A DNA stretch of 64,000 nucleotides from Candidatus Obscuribacterales bacterium (GCA_965228855.1 CBDDIJ010000005.1:1344001-1408000); one strand, 5' to 3'; counted from the first letter of the stretch, positions 31,104-40,570 are shown. The notes: generated by a model from the sequence alone, not told the origin. Numbers and translations are program-made.

Positions 31104-31541
31104 ATGCTCTTAGTCGGCGCATCGCCGGGAGAACGCGTGGATTCGCAGAAGGTAGTAGACCCGTTTTTGAAAGGAACGATCGATTGGCTCGATCAGTTCT
31201 CACCTGGGCTCTGGCGAAACCTGGATAAGGTTTTAGAGCTTGGCGAGGACAAAGCTAAGCTGATTCTGAAGAGTTTTCTCGAGTGCTCATGCCAATCACA
31301 GAATATGCAGACAATCCTCATTGGTAGACGCGGAGTGCTTTCGATGCCTCTGCCCTGGGTTCGAGAAAACCTGCCCGCGTGCGTCGAGCAAGAACTCGAC
31401 TTGAGTGATTACTGGCAATATCGCCGCTTGCTCGAACTTTGCGATGCGCTCGACGGCAGCCTTTTGAAACGTTATGTAGCGCTAGGCATCGAAAGCGACA
31501 AAGACGACATCAAAGAAGCAGCTAACGACTTTCGGGTTTAA
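31104..31541 (+). CDS. Hypothetical helical protein, possibly immunity-protein-like
   Basis: 145-aa acidic ORF with CQSQN...GR...P..W and D.WQYRRLLEL...IKEAA.DF pattern; family recalled, not verified. Confidence 0.55.
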   Translation: MLLVGASPGERVDSQKVVDPFLKGTIDWLDQFSPGLWRNLDKVLELGEDKAKLILKSFLECSCQSQNMQTILIGRRGVLSMPLPWVRENLPACVEQELDLSDYWQYRRLLELCDALDGSLLKRYVALGIESDKDDIKEAANDFRV

Positions 31542-32043
31542 GTTGCTGAAGAGCATAATACTCTAAGTACACGTACCAAGGTCCCTCAATGTGACGGAGG
31601 TTCACCCGTGCGCCACCGTTGAAAAACGGACCGTCTAAACTGTTATAGAGTTCCATGAATGGCCTGTAACCAGTGACATAAGCAATGCCCTTAGTCTCAC
31701 CTTGTTGCTCGCCATCGTCGGAAGCCATTGCTACTTTTATCATGAGAGAGTCTCTTCGGACATCTTGAGCTTTGCAGACTTGGAGAAGCTGAGTGTACCT
31801 CGAAGACGCCATCCCCCGTGTTGCTTCAGCAATCGCCTCTCCGTCCTTGGAATCAGGCGACATGTCTTCAAACGTCGCAACCAAGCTTGAGAAACTCGCA
31901 CGCTTATCTCGAAACGACTTAATCAAGAAATCATCACTGGGCAGCGGCGAGTATAAAACCATTCCAGCAACTATGGACGCGCCAACCAGACCAACTGCCA
32001 AAGTTGAAAAAACGAATCTTTTATCCAGACGTTGAAGTCGCAT
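31522..32043 (-). CDS. Hypothetical protein with N-terminal TM anchor
   Basis: 173-aa ORF, one hydrophobic helix, C-terminal RHIEGPWYVY. Confidence 0.6.
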   Translation of the reverse strand: MRLQRLDKRFVFSTLAVGLVGASIVAGMVLYSPLPSDDFLIKSFRDKRASFSSLVATFEDMSPDSKDGEAIAEATRGMASSRYTQLLQVCKAQDVRRDSLMIKVAMASDDGEQQGETKGIAYVTGYRPFMELYNSLDGPFFNGGARVNLRHIEGPWYVYLEYYALQQLKPESR

Positions 32044-32192
32044 ACTCTCGAAATACTAAATGCACCGTTCTTATCACTCTACAACTTCTTCAGTCAGAAG
32101 GGGTCTCCTCGAACTGCGCGGCGACCGCTAGATTAAATCCGCTCGTAAAAACCACACTGAAATTCTTGTCATCTCAAAACTTTCTGCCTAGT

Positions 32193-33122
32193 ATGGCAGC
32201 ACTGGGTCTGGGTGATAACGTGCCAGCTAGTGTGGAGACAATTAAATTGAAAAATGACGAACCAAAACAGGTCTTCCTTGGAGGAGCCTGCGGCTTGACC
32301 ACGTGGCGTAAGGACATAGCCATTCCTCTATTCGAAGAAGCGAACGTTTCATATCACAATCCGCAGATGCCCCTGGGTGCGTGGAAGGAAGATGATCAAT
32401 TCGATGAGATGCGGCGCAAGGATGAGTGCCTGGTACAACTGTTCGTAATCAATGGAGACACGCGAGGAGTCGCATCGGTAGCAGAAGTCGCATACTTGAT
32501 CGGAGCGCGGAAGCCGGTCGCAATTGTCCTCGAGGATATCAAAGCAGGAACAGATGTTTACGGTACAACCATCGACGCAGTCGAAGCCGATGATTTAAAC
32601 CGTGGACGCATTTTTGTGCGAGCGATGGCAGACCGGCACAATGTGCCGATCTTCACTGACATTGCCGAAGGGACAAGGTATTGCATTAAGCTCGTAAAGG
32701 AGTTGGAGGGGAGCCTGACTCTTCGTCAAATAAATGAGGCTCTATCACAAATCGAGTTTACGAACCATGTATTCCAGGCCGAAGAAGCCCCTGGTGGCTT
32801 CCACCTGTGGCTCAGCGGGATCGAACCTGATTCCTACACCGGAAAAATGGAGGTCCAGGAGAGTCGACGTTGGTTTATCAGCAATAAATGCACGCCATCA
32901 GATGTGGTGCGCACAGCATTCAAAGCGACCAGTACGTGGGCAGAGCATGAGGCTCGAGAAACTTTCAAATACAAAGGAGCGAGGGTATTTAGCCCGCACT
33001 TCGACTTAAATAAAGTGGCGGCTCGACGAAACGAAGCCGATATCGACGAAAACATCGAAGAACACGTTCACAACACGCCCGCACCGCTGGTGGTGCAGAG
33101 CGCTCGCCCATGCACGGTTTAG
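32193..33122 (+). CDS. Nucleoside 2-deoxyribosyltransferase-like (Raw/OLRN-1-type) domain fused to a second small domain
   Basis: VFLGGAC..TTWRKDIAIP...SYHNPQ...W...LFVI...TR.VAS..EVAYL...DLNRGR; C-terminal RRWFIS...SDVVRTAFKA...EHEARE.F.Y.G..VFSPH. Start uncertain. Confidence 0.72.
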   Translation: MAALGLGDNVPASVETIKLKNDEPKQVFLGGACGLTTWRKDIAIPLFEEANVSYHNPQMPLGAWKEDDQFDEMRRKDECLVQLFVINGDTRGVASVAEVAYLIGARKPVAIVLEDIKAGTDVYGTTIDAVEADDLNRGRIFVRAMADRHNVPIFTDIAEGTRYCIKLVKELEGSLTLRQINEALSQIEFTNHVFQAEEAPGGFHLWLSGIEPDSYTGKMEVQESRRWFISNKCTPSDVVRTAFKATSTWAEHEARETFKYKGARVFSPHFDLNKVAARRNEADIDENIEEHVHNTPAPLVVQSARPCTV

Positions 33123-34219
33123 AAGCATCCACCAAAACCTCTTTCAGCCTCCCAGTGATTGACACTGGACCGTACTTTACGGCGCGCTCGAGCGGTTTGG
33201 ATACAACTGATCAGGCGAGAATTCTCGGCGAAAAAATTAAACATGCCTGTCACGAGGCAGGCATGTTTTACCTGATTGGACACAACATAAAGCACGATCT
33301 GATGGATCGCGTGATTGCCGAATGTGCAAGTTTCTTCGCTCTTCCTGAAGAAGAGAAACAAAAAATCAGCTGCAGAAGAGATCCACATTTTCGCGGTTAC
33401 GGCTTGTTGAAAAACTCACGCGACTGGCGAGAACAAATCCATATCGGCGTCGAACCAGGACGTAGAGAAGGTGCGGATCTCAGTAAACTTTACTGGAATC
33501 TCGAGGGACCTAATAAATGGCCAACGCTGCGAACAAACGAATTCAGAGAAACGGCTCTAGCATATATAAATTCAATCGAATCATTGTCACGAACTGTCCT
33601 GACTCTCCTCGCGGAGGCTCTAGAGCTACCGTCGGACAACTTCACGAGAAGAATGAAAAACAATCCGTATCTCCTAACAAAGTTTATGTCTTATTTGCCG
33701 CAGTCCAATAGAGGAAGCAAAGACAGAAACTTAGAGACGGAGACATCGACCCGGGAGACAACAAAACAAACTGGCGTAACCGCTCACTGCGACTGGAGCT
33801 GGCTGACATTTCTTCAACAAGACAACGTCGGCGGCCTGGAGGCAATGGACACAAATGGTAATTGGCATAAGGTGACTCCGCTCGATAACGCGCTCGTCGT
33901 GAATACCGGCGAGTTGCTAGAAATCGAGACGGGAGGCTATTTACGGGCTAGCCCACATCGAGTTATAAACGAGCAGATCGATAGACAACGTTTTTCAAAT
34001 GCAGTCTTCATTAACCCGGATCTAGACGCGATGATCGTTCCTCAATCCAATCAATGGGGTGAGGAACGAGAAGCGGTCGCATCAAACGATGACGATCACA
34101 TCCACAAAGTGATTCGTCCGGGTAGCACTCTAACTCCGTTCGTATTCGGTGATAGCGAATGGGATAGGAAAGGCGAAGGAAACTGGTGTTATCGGAAGGA
34201 GTGCCTGACGCCATATTAA
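33110..34219 (+). CDS. Isopenicillin N synthase-family 2OG-Fe(II) dioxygenase (DIOX_N plus 2OG-FeII_Oxy)
   Basis: LPVID, AC...G.FYL.GH, FF.LP.EEK, FRGY; H-x-D (HCD), HRV, R-x-S (RFS). Confidence 0.92.
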   Translation: MHGLEASTKTSFSLPVIDTGPYFTARSSGLDTTDQARILGEKIKHACHEAGMFYLIGHNIKHDLMDRVIAECASFFALPEEEKQKISCRRDPHFRGYGLLKNSRDWREQIHIGVEPGRREGADLSKLYWNLEGPNKWPTLRTNEFRETALAYINSIESLSRTVLTLLAEALELPSDNFTRRMKNNPYLLTKFMSYLPQSNRGSKDRNLETETSTRETTKQTGVTAHCDWSWLTFLQQDNVGGLEAMDTNGNWHKVTPLDNALVVNTGELLEIETGGYLRASPHRVINEQIDRQRFSNAVFINPDLDAMIVPQSNQWGEEREAVASNDDDHIHKVIRPGSTLTPFVFGDSEWDRKGEGNWCYRKECLTPY

Positions 34220-34273
34220 AGCGCAAATCAGGAAACAGGGACGGTTACACACGAGAACCTCAGCAGGTTTGTC

Positions 34274-34666
34274 TCAGCGCTTCGATTTTGAGGCGGTGAG
34301 CTGCTGAACCCGTTGAAACGAAAGCGCCAATACTTCACCGGCATCCCTGAGACTTACCCCCAGATCCTCCGTCAGATGGCACGCAGCTTCCATAGTGCTG
34401 GATTGGAGAGCCGCCTCGTCCTCAGCGACCTTCCTGCGAGCGCTCACTACCTTTCGTACAAGCTCATTTGCTTTCCGGGGAAGGCATATATGCTCGATGA
34501 ACTCAGCATCGACCACATCATCAACATACAAACTGAGCGCTTCTTTCAGGCGATTGCGCGTTTGCGCTATCGATTTACCCTGTGTGTGACAACCAGCCAC
34601 CTCCACTATTGTAGCTACCCACCATCCGCTCGAATCCCGCTTGTATCGTACGTTAAAAACATTCAT
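34274..34666 (-). CDS. hicB: HicB-family antitoxin with C-terminal HTH
   Basis: GWWVA...EVAGCHTQG.S......L.EAL; C-terminal GVSLRDAGEVLALSFQRVQQL HTH. Confidence 0.88.
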   Translation of the reverse strand: MNVFNVRYKRDSSGWWVATIVEVAGCHTQGKSIAQTRNRLKEALSLYVDDVVDAEFIEHICLPRKANELVRKVVSARRKVAEDEAALQSSTMEAACHLTEDLGVSLRDAGEVLALSFQRVQQLTASKSKR

Positions 34667-34864
34667 TGACTCAGCCAGCCTTCGCCTAATCAGGGACTTA
34701 GATCCTTTCTGATCTGCTTCAAGAGCCCAATCCCCAGCTCCTCACCAGAGTGGTTCGGCACAGTCGTGTTACAGATACCAACGGATCCTAATATGAGAAA
34801 CCTTCTGCCTCACTCGAGTACATTTCAGATCATGCAACACTTTCAGCAATTCTCTAGCTCTCAT
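34663..34864 (-). pseudogene. hicA: Disrupted HicA-family toxin
   Basis: Manual translation: MRARELLKVLHDLKCTRVRQKVSHIRIR, frameshift near 34780, GICNTTVPNHSGEELGIGLLKQIRKDLSP*LGEGWLSQ*; last stop overlaps hicB ATG (ATGA). Confidence 0.85.
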
Positions 34865-34884
34865 AATCTCACATAATTCCCAAA

Positions 34885-34904
34885 GTGTCTAGCGCATTAG
34901 ACAC
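34885..34904. promoter_or_regulatory. Inverted repeat, probable HicB operator
   Basis: GTGTCTA-gcgcat-TAGACAC, 20 nt upstream of the hicA start. Confidence 0.65.
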
Positions 34905-35179
34905 ATGCTCCTACCCGTTTTTCTGAAACAAGTCACGGCGCTTCCAACAGCCATCGATCAACAAAATGATCATCAAGAGGTCTGTCAACAGATACGACAA
35001 TAAACACATAGACTGCGAAATAATCGCACTCCACATACATTCGTACAGACAAGAGCGGACCATCTAGCCGACCTGGGTTTCACAGCCTCGGTTGCGACGA
35101 CCGACACTCCCTGCCAAGACCTGCAAGGGATGCTGAGGGCAAAAAAGCCTGAAGGATCGATCGATGCTTAAATAGAAAT

Positions 35180-35725
35180 ATGGACATCGACCTGAAAAGC
35201 CATCGAGCCCATATCACCTATCACCAGGCGCTCAACTGGCACGAAGCCAAAATCCAGCGCCACCTGCTTGCGCGCGGCGATGATAGAGAAACGATGTTGG
35301 GCTTGGCACTTGCCTTGCTGTCGCACAGACTAGCTTTCTTTGACTCAAATAAGACGGCGCCAGTTCTAGAATCGGCAGAAGGACTAGGAGACTACGTATT
35401 GTGGAATTGCGCGGACGGACAGGGCAAGGACAACGCTGTAGCCGTTCAGATACTGCTCGAAATAGCTGAGCAAAACCTTGACGACGGCATGTTTCCTGAT
35501 TCGATACAGATCGAACTACTGATCTATTTTGCAGGCTCTCTTTGTCGGATGATGGCGCCTCGGGGCCTTACTTACCTAAACTGCGTGAGACTAATCGAAA
35601 AGTTGAGTGGCAGGAAATTCGAGCTAGAAGACCTTTCTTCCATCGCCCCGCGCATCTACAAACATCGTGTCGACAACGGTATTTTTCAAAACAGAAATGT
35701 GTTCGAACAGCTTGTTGATGACTAA
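35180..35725 (+). CDS. Hypothetical protein
   Basis: 181-aa ORF filling the gap before the convergent sbcD stop; no recognised motif. Confidence 0.6.
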   Translation: MDIDLKSHRAHITYHQALNWHEAKIQRHLLARGDDRETMLGLALALLSHRLAFFDSNKTAPVLESAEGLGDYVLWNCADGQGKDNAVAVQILLEIAEQNLDDGMFPDSIQIELLIYFAGSLCRMMAPRGLTYLNCVRLIEKLSGRKFELEDLSSIAPRIYKHRVDNGIFQNRNVFEQLVDD

Positions 35726-36963
35726 CCATCTTCGTTGTGCAACTCAGCGTTGAGCTGAGTCATTACGTCCCGTGCACGTTCTATCAACTTATCTTTCCTA
35801 TCGGGCGCGACCTCATCCAGGTAAGTTTCCAGAGCCCGAAGAGGTGAAGCGACCGATGTTTCGGTTAATTCCGGCAATCGTCCACGCGTATGTTCGTTCA
35901 CGATTTCTGGTTGCACTCTCACTGACATGCAATCACGAGCAGCCCGATAAATTTGTGATTCATCAACGTCCAACATCTGGTCTTGTAGCACTTTATATCG
36001 AACTCTCAAGACGCAGCCTTGAAGCGCATCGCGATTGACGCACTTCACAATGTCCTCGGTCGGCTCCACTGATTTCGTTACATCCACGTCCACGGTGACA
36101 AACGGGCGCGGATCGATTGTTTTAAAAGAGAAATCAGTTTTGTTTCGCTCGAGAATCACATGGATAAAACCTTTATCTTCTCGCTCCTCGCCGAAGTCGA
36201 CTCGTTCTAAACTTCCGGCGTAAACGATAATCGGATCCTTCTCCCGAATGACTTGATGCTTGTGAATATGTCCCATAGCGACATAGTCGACACGACTGTC
36301 AATGAAGATGTCGGAAGGGAACGTAAGAGTGTAACCAACCAGCAACTCCTGCTCGATACCCGCCAGTGCTCGATCCAGTGACATATGAGCTGTCACCACA
36401 GACGGTATCAGTGGATCGAGTTCATCGTAGTAATCGCGGAGCATATCATGAACATGATGAACCAACACATCATCAATCTGAGATGAAGAAAACCCTGAAT
36501 ATTTGTCCATCGCCATCAGATTGTTTCGAGTGATATGAGGCAGTCCAATTAGTTGAAACGGGCCATTTTTTGTTTCAATCAATTCGAACGTCGGCTTGTC
36601 GACAGTCAGCACATTTGCGACCTCTAGGCTCTGAAACACTGACATAGCATGGCTCTGCGTTGAACGCAAAATCTGGTCATGATTTCCCACTACAAGAATG
36701 GTTTTAATTCCTGCCTCAGATAGACGTTTTAGTTCCCGCGCGAATAGTTTTTGATAGATCGGTTCGGGCGATGCGTTTTTATAAGCGTCGCCTGAAAATA
36801 AGAACACATCTACGTTCTGTGCAATCGCATAATCTACGACCTTCTTAAGAGCGAAAACAAAATCCTCCAACCGTGTATTCAGCCCTGTATCAGGATTAAT
36901 ACGGCCGTGCGACTCGCCGGAGCCGAAGTGAATGTCGGAAACATGTATAAGGTGGATCGCCAA
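35722..36963 (-). CDS. sbcD: Exonuclease SbcCD subunit D (Mre11-like)
   Basis: SDIHFG, FSGDAY, VGNHD, AH, AMGHIH, YAGSLERVDFGE. Confidence 0.93.
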   Translation of the reverse strand: MAIHLIHVSDIHFGSGESHGRINPDTGLNTRLEDFVFALKKVVDYAIAQNVDVFLFSGDAYKNASPEPIYQKLFARELKRLSEAGIKTILVVGNHDQILRSTQSHAMSVFQSLEVANVLTVDKPTFELIETKNGPFQLIGLPHITRNNLMAMDKYSGFSSSQIDDVLVHHVHDMLRDYYDELDPLIPSVVTAHMSLDRALAGIEQELLVGYTLTFPSDIFIDSRVDYVAMGHIHKHQVIREKDPIIVYAGSLERVDFGEEREDKGFIHVILERNKTDFSFKTIDPRPFVTVDVDVTKSVEPTEDIVKCVNRDALQGCVLRVRYKVLQDQMLDVDESQIYRAARDCMSVRVQPEIVNEHTRGRLPELTETSVASPLRALETYLDEVAPDRKDKLIERARDVMTQLNAELHNEDG

Positions 36964-37046
36964 AGTGCTCTCCCGAAAAGGGAATATCTGAACGCTAGCT
37001 CATGTACAATAATTGTCTCGGTCTGAGGACGGTCAGTCAAATCATT

Positions 37047-37877
37047 ATGTCAGCCGGCAAACCCTTTATACAAAGGAGTCTTGCAGGAGCGCTGGTATCA
37101 GCACTCCTCTTAGCAAGCCCGATAGCAGCAAGTGAAACTCTTGCCGGCTCCGAGCCGTTCACTTCCAGAGATATTTCGACCAACGAGTCACGTCTTGACC
37201 CGGGCGATGATGCGCACGCAGCTGCCAACATGGCTCCTCCAGCAGCAAAAGATCCGATTGAACAGCTCAGAGAGACCCTGCAGAAATCGCACATATTTAC
37301 ACTCAACAGCAAATTCAAAATTCGCAAAACCGATTCCACAATAGCTGTCTCAACTTACCGCCACCCGTACGGCAATGAAAACGACATGAAGATCGACGCT
37401 CTTCTGGTTGCACGTGAGGTGCTCAAAACTAATGCCCTCGGCATCAGTACAGTCCGAGTTTATTTCTTCGATGAAACAGACCAGAGCCAATACACAATGG
37501 CCTCTGTCGATTTAGAGATGGTCAAGCAATTCAATGCCAGATTGCTGGGAAACGCAGAAGTCGTCGACGCCTTGAAACTCAAACATGAGGATTTAGGTGG
37601 AGGTCTGAAACAGCTTGAGAAGAAGAGCTATGACGAAATTGCCACCGACGCACCAATGGCTGAAGGTATCCTTCGTAAAGAACGTCAGGAACTCGTCAAA
37701 CAGATAGAACAGCTCACTTCCGCCGGTGCAAACGTAAACAGTCTGAGGACAGCATATTTGCTAATTGAAGATGCAATCAGGCAAAATGATGACCTAGGCG
37801 CGCAAGCCGCTTATGCTTTTGCGACCGAGCTTTTGGAAAATGCGAAAGTAAAAAAGGGCATCAGCTCGGCTCGCTAA
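37047..37877 (+). CDS. Hypothetical exported protein
   Basis: Signal-peptide-like N-terminus (LAGALVSALLLASPIAA), long ORF. Confidence 0.65.
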   Translation: MSAGKPFIQRSLAGALVSALLLASPIAASETLAGSEPFTSRDISTNESRLDPGDDAHAAANMAPPAAKDPIEQLRETLQKSHIFTLNSKFKIRKTDSTIAVSTYRHPYGNENDMKIDALLVAREVLKTNALGISTVRVYFFDETDQSQYTMASVDLEMVKQFNARLLGNAEVVDALKLKHEDLGGGLKQLEKKSYDEIATDAPMAEGILRKERQELVKQIEQLTSAGANVNSLRTAYLLIEDAIRQNDDLGAQAAYAFATELLENAKVKKGISSAR

Positions 37878-37916
37878 TCAGAAAAGAAGAGAAACCTCCA
37901 GTCGAAGGACAACAAA

Positions 37917-39434
37917 TTGGCGAAACTAAGCCGCATGCACGGACTTCACAAAGGTCAAAAGATTCGCGTCAAAATCGAATCGTTGGCACCCGGTGGCGAT
38001 GGCGTCGGTCATCACGAAGGTCTGGCAGTTTTTGTCGCCAGATCCGCCCCAGGAGACACGGTCGAAGTCGAGCTTTTCGACATCAGAAAATCATTTGCTC
38101 GCGGCAAAATTTTGGAGGTGCTCAAGAGTTCACCAGTCAGAGTGGAGCCGGTTTGCAAAGTCTTCGACCGATGCGGTGGCTGCCAATGGCAGCATGTTAG
38201 TTACGAAGCGCAGCTGCTGACGAAACACGAGATCGTATCGCAGGCTCTTCGTCACATTGATGTTTCGATTGAACCGACTCTTGCGGCCAAGCATCAGTTC
38301 GATTATCGAAACAAAGCGCAGTTTCCCGTCAAACAGTTGAATAACGGTCGACTGTTGGTTGGCTACTACGAAGACAGCTCACACAGACTCGTCAATATCA
38401 ACGAATGCCCAGTCCAACCAGAGCCGCTTGATTTTGTTCTTCAAATCATACGGCGCTCGCTGACAGAAAACAAGATTACGGCATTCGATGAAGAAACGCA
38501 TACTGGGCTGATTCGGCACCTTTGCGCAAGGGAGTCTTTCTACAATGGAGATATTCTAGTTACCCTCGTCGTCAATCATCCAGGCGGCGAGAAATTGAAG
38601 TCAGGTCTGAAAGGCGCTCTGGAGGCGGTGGCCGAAGAGCTCATGGGAGAGATGGAAGAGGTTCAAGGTTTTTGCGCAAATTTCAATCCAAACAAAGGCA
38701 ACAAGATCTTCGGGGAAGAAACTCTCTTGATCCGCGGCAAGTCGGAAATCGAAGAAGTGCTTCAAACGCAACGTTCGGACAGACCAGAGAAGCTGCAAGA
38801 GGGAATTCGTTTTCGATTGTCGACGCAGAGCTTTTTCCAAATCAATACTGAGCAGGCCACGAATCTCTTCGACGAGGTTTACGATGAGGCGCTCAAGATA
38901 AATCAGGAACTCGGTCGCCCGCTGAAAGTGATCGACGCTTATGCGGGTGTCGGTTCGATTGCTTTGTGGGTTTCGTCACTAGCGGAGAGCATCGTGGCAA
39001 TCGAAGAGGTTCCCGATGCCGTTCGCGACGGACTTGTCACGGTCAAAGACAACGGTGTGGAGAATATTCGGTTTGAAGAAGGACGCGTTGAAGATGTTTT
39101 GTCCAAACTGGCAGACGCGGATGAAAAGTACGATTTAGTCATTCTAGACCCGCCGAGAAAGGGAGCCAGTAACGAGGTCTTGCAAGCCTTATTGAGGCTT
39201 GCGCCCAAACATATCATTTACGTCAGCTGTAATCCTCAAACTCTTGCGCGTGACCTGAAAATCCTTCAGGATGGAATGGTAGAGGAGCGTGAAGGGAAGC
39301 ACCTTTGTTCTGGGTATAAAACCAAACGGGTGAAGCCTGTCGACCTGTTCCCGCAGACTTACCACATTGAGTCGGTAGCCTCTCTGGAGAGATTTGAAGA
39401 CGATGGTCCTGTCCGGAATCTGGAAGAAATCTGA
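37917..39434 (+). CDS. rlmD: 23S rRNA (uracil-C5)-methyltransferase RlmD
   Basis: TRAM domain, C..F.RCGGCQWQ Fe-S motif, YRNK, SFFQIN, DAYAGVG, LDPPRKG, YVSCNP.TLARD, DLFPQT.HIE. Confidence 0.95.
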   Translation: MAKLSRMHGLHKGQKIRVKIESLAPGGDGVGHHEGLAVFVARSAPGDTVEVELFDIRKSFARGKILEVLKSSPVRVEPVCKVFDRCGGCQWQHVSYEAQLLTKHEIVSQALRHIDVSIEPTLAAKHQFDYRNKAQFPVKQLNNGRLLVGYYEDSSHRLVNINECPVQPEPLDFVLQIIRRSLTENKITAFDEETHTGLIRHLCARESFYNGDILVTLVVNHPGGEKLKSGLKGALEAVAEELMGEMEEVQGFCANFNPNKGNKIFGEETLLIRGKSEIEEVLQTQRSDRPEKLQEGIRFRLSTQSFFQINTEQATNLFDEVYDEALKINQELGRPLKVIDAYAGVGSIALWVSSLAESIVAIEEVPDAVRDGLVTVKDNGVENIRFEEGRVEDVLSKLADADEKYDLVILDPPRKGASNEVLQALLRLAPKHIIYVSCNPQTLARDLKILQDGMVEEREGKHLCSGYKTKRVKPVDLFPQTYHIESVASLERFEDDGPVRNLEEI

Positions 39435-39858
39435 TAGCTCGAAAGATTTGCCTGAAGGCTTGGTGATTCGACATGATCGAAAACTTCCTCCTGACGACGT
39501 TCAGGACATTTGCGCTTCGGTTGGTTGGAGTCGCCGCGAACCAGAACTTATCAGTCGCGCCCTCGAAAATAGCGTCGCCGTAGTTTCAGCCTGGGACAGG
39601 GGTCAAATGGTCGGTTTCGCACGAGCGACCGGCGACCGGGTCTTCAATGCCACCATCTGGGATATGGTTGTTCGCCCCTCCTATCAGGGACGCGGCATCG
39701 GGCGCCTGGTGCTGGAGGAGTTGTTGAGAGAACTCGATCAATCCGGCATTCCCTTAATTACGCTTTATGCGGACCCGGGCACTGACAACTTCTATCGCCG
39801 ATTCGGCTTCACAGCCGACCCTTCGGGCGTCAGAGGCATGTTTCGCGAGACCTCTTAA
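39403..39858 (+). CDS. GNAT N-acetyltransferase, Ycf52-like
   Basis: C.SVGWSRR...AL.NS, GFARATGD.VFNATIWD.VV.P.YQG.GIG, ITLYADP. Confidence 0.88.
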   Translation: MVLSGIWKKSDSSKDLPEGLVIRHDRKLPPDDVQDICASVGWSRREPELISRALENSVAVVSAWDRGQMVGFARATGDRVFNATIWDMVVRPSYQGRGIGRLVLEELLRELDQSGIPLITLYADPGTDNFYRRFGFTADPSGVRGMFRETS

Positions 39859-40002
39859 CCAGTCACCGCTGCCTATCTTCTTAATATATTTGTACATCCA
39901 GAGCCGTGAAGTTTGAGGACGAGGCCTCTCCATGGTAAATTCATACGTCTATCTATAGAGACCAGACGGAGGCGGCTGGCGCATTGGCGCCCGGGAGATG
40001 TC

Positions 40003-40548
40003 ATGAAGGTAATTTTGCAAGACAACGTTCAGAAACTAGGAAAAGCTGGAGAGATCGTAGAGATCAAGCGAGGCTATTTCCGCAATTACCTCGAACCCCG
40101 CGGTCTGGCAATGCTTGCTACCAAAGGAACCCTGAAGAAGAGAGAAGAAGATCTCGAATCTTATCGACGCAAAGCTGAAAAAGCACACAACGAAGCCGTT
40201 GCATTCGCCGAAAAGATTTCCAGCTTGCCACCAATGGTAATGAACGTCAAAGCTGGCGAAACAGGCAAGCTCTACGGAAAGGTCACCAACAAAGAAGTAG
40301 CTCACTTGCTTGAGAAGAGCCTTGGTCACGAAATCGACAAGCGTCTTCTCAAAGTATCCGGCGACATCAATGCGACCGGAACCTACAAAGTGCAAGTTAA
40401 GCTCACGCCAGAAGTACAAGCTGAAGTTCAGCTCGAAGTTCTCGCAGAAGGTCAATCCTACAAACTGAAGGAAGAGGCCGCTGAAGAGAAAACAAAAGCT
40501 GAGGAAACTGAAGCAGAAGCTGGCGAAGAAGAAAAAACCGAAGAATAA
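40003..40548 (+). CDS. rplI: 50S ribosomal protein L9
   Basis: MKVIL.D.V..LGKAGEIV..K.GY.RNYL.PRG.A; GKLYG.VT. Confidence 0.97.
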   Translation: MKVILQDNVQKLGKAGEIVEIKRGYFRNYLEPRGLAMLATKGTLKKREEDLESYRRKAEKAHNEAVAFAEKISSLPPMVMNVKAGETGKLYGKVTNKEVAHLLEKSLGHEIDKRLLKVSGDINATGTYKVQVKLTPEVQAEVQLEVLAEGQSYKLKEEAAEEKTKAEETEAEAGEEEKTEE

Positions 40549-40570
40549 CTCTCTTCGGCATGAAGTCTTT

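Noticed and set aside
34689..34693. In-frame TGA at a plausible Cys position in hicA read as selenocysteine or recoding
   Set aside because: The same gene has a frameshift and a motif substitution, and TGA is an ordinary stop elsewhere in the window; pseudogene decay is simpler
35108..35130. GCCAAGACCTGC resembling the 3' end of a cobalamin riboswitch
   Set aside because: Upstream GGGAA and CCCGCAACTGT core elements are absent and no B12-related gene follows
36989..37002. TGAAC-gcta-GCTCA as a LexA-like box upstream of sbcD
   Set aside because: Single imperfect match; I could not find a matching site upstream of xseA and do not know the LexA motif of this lineage
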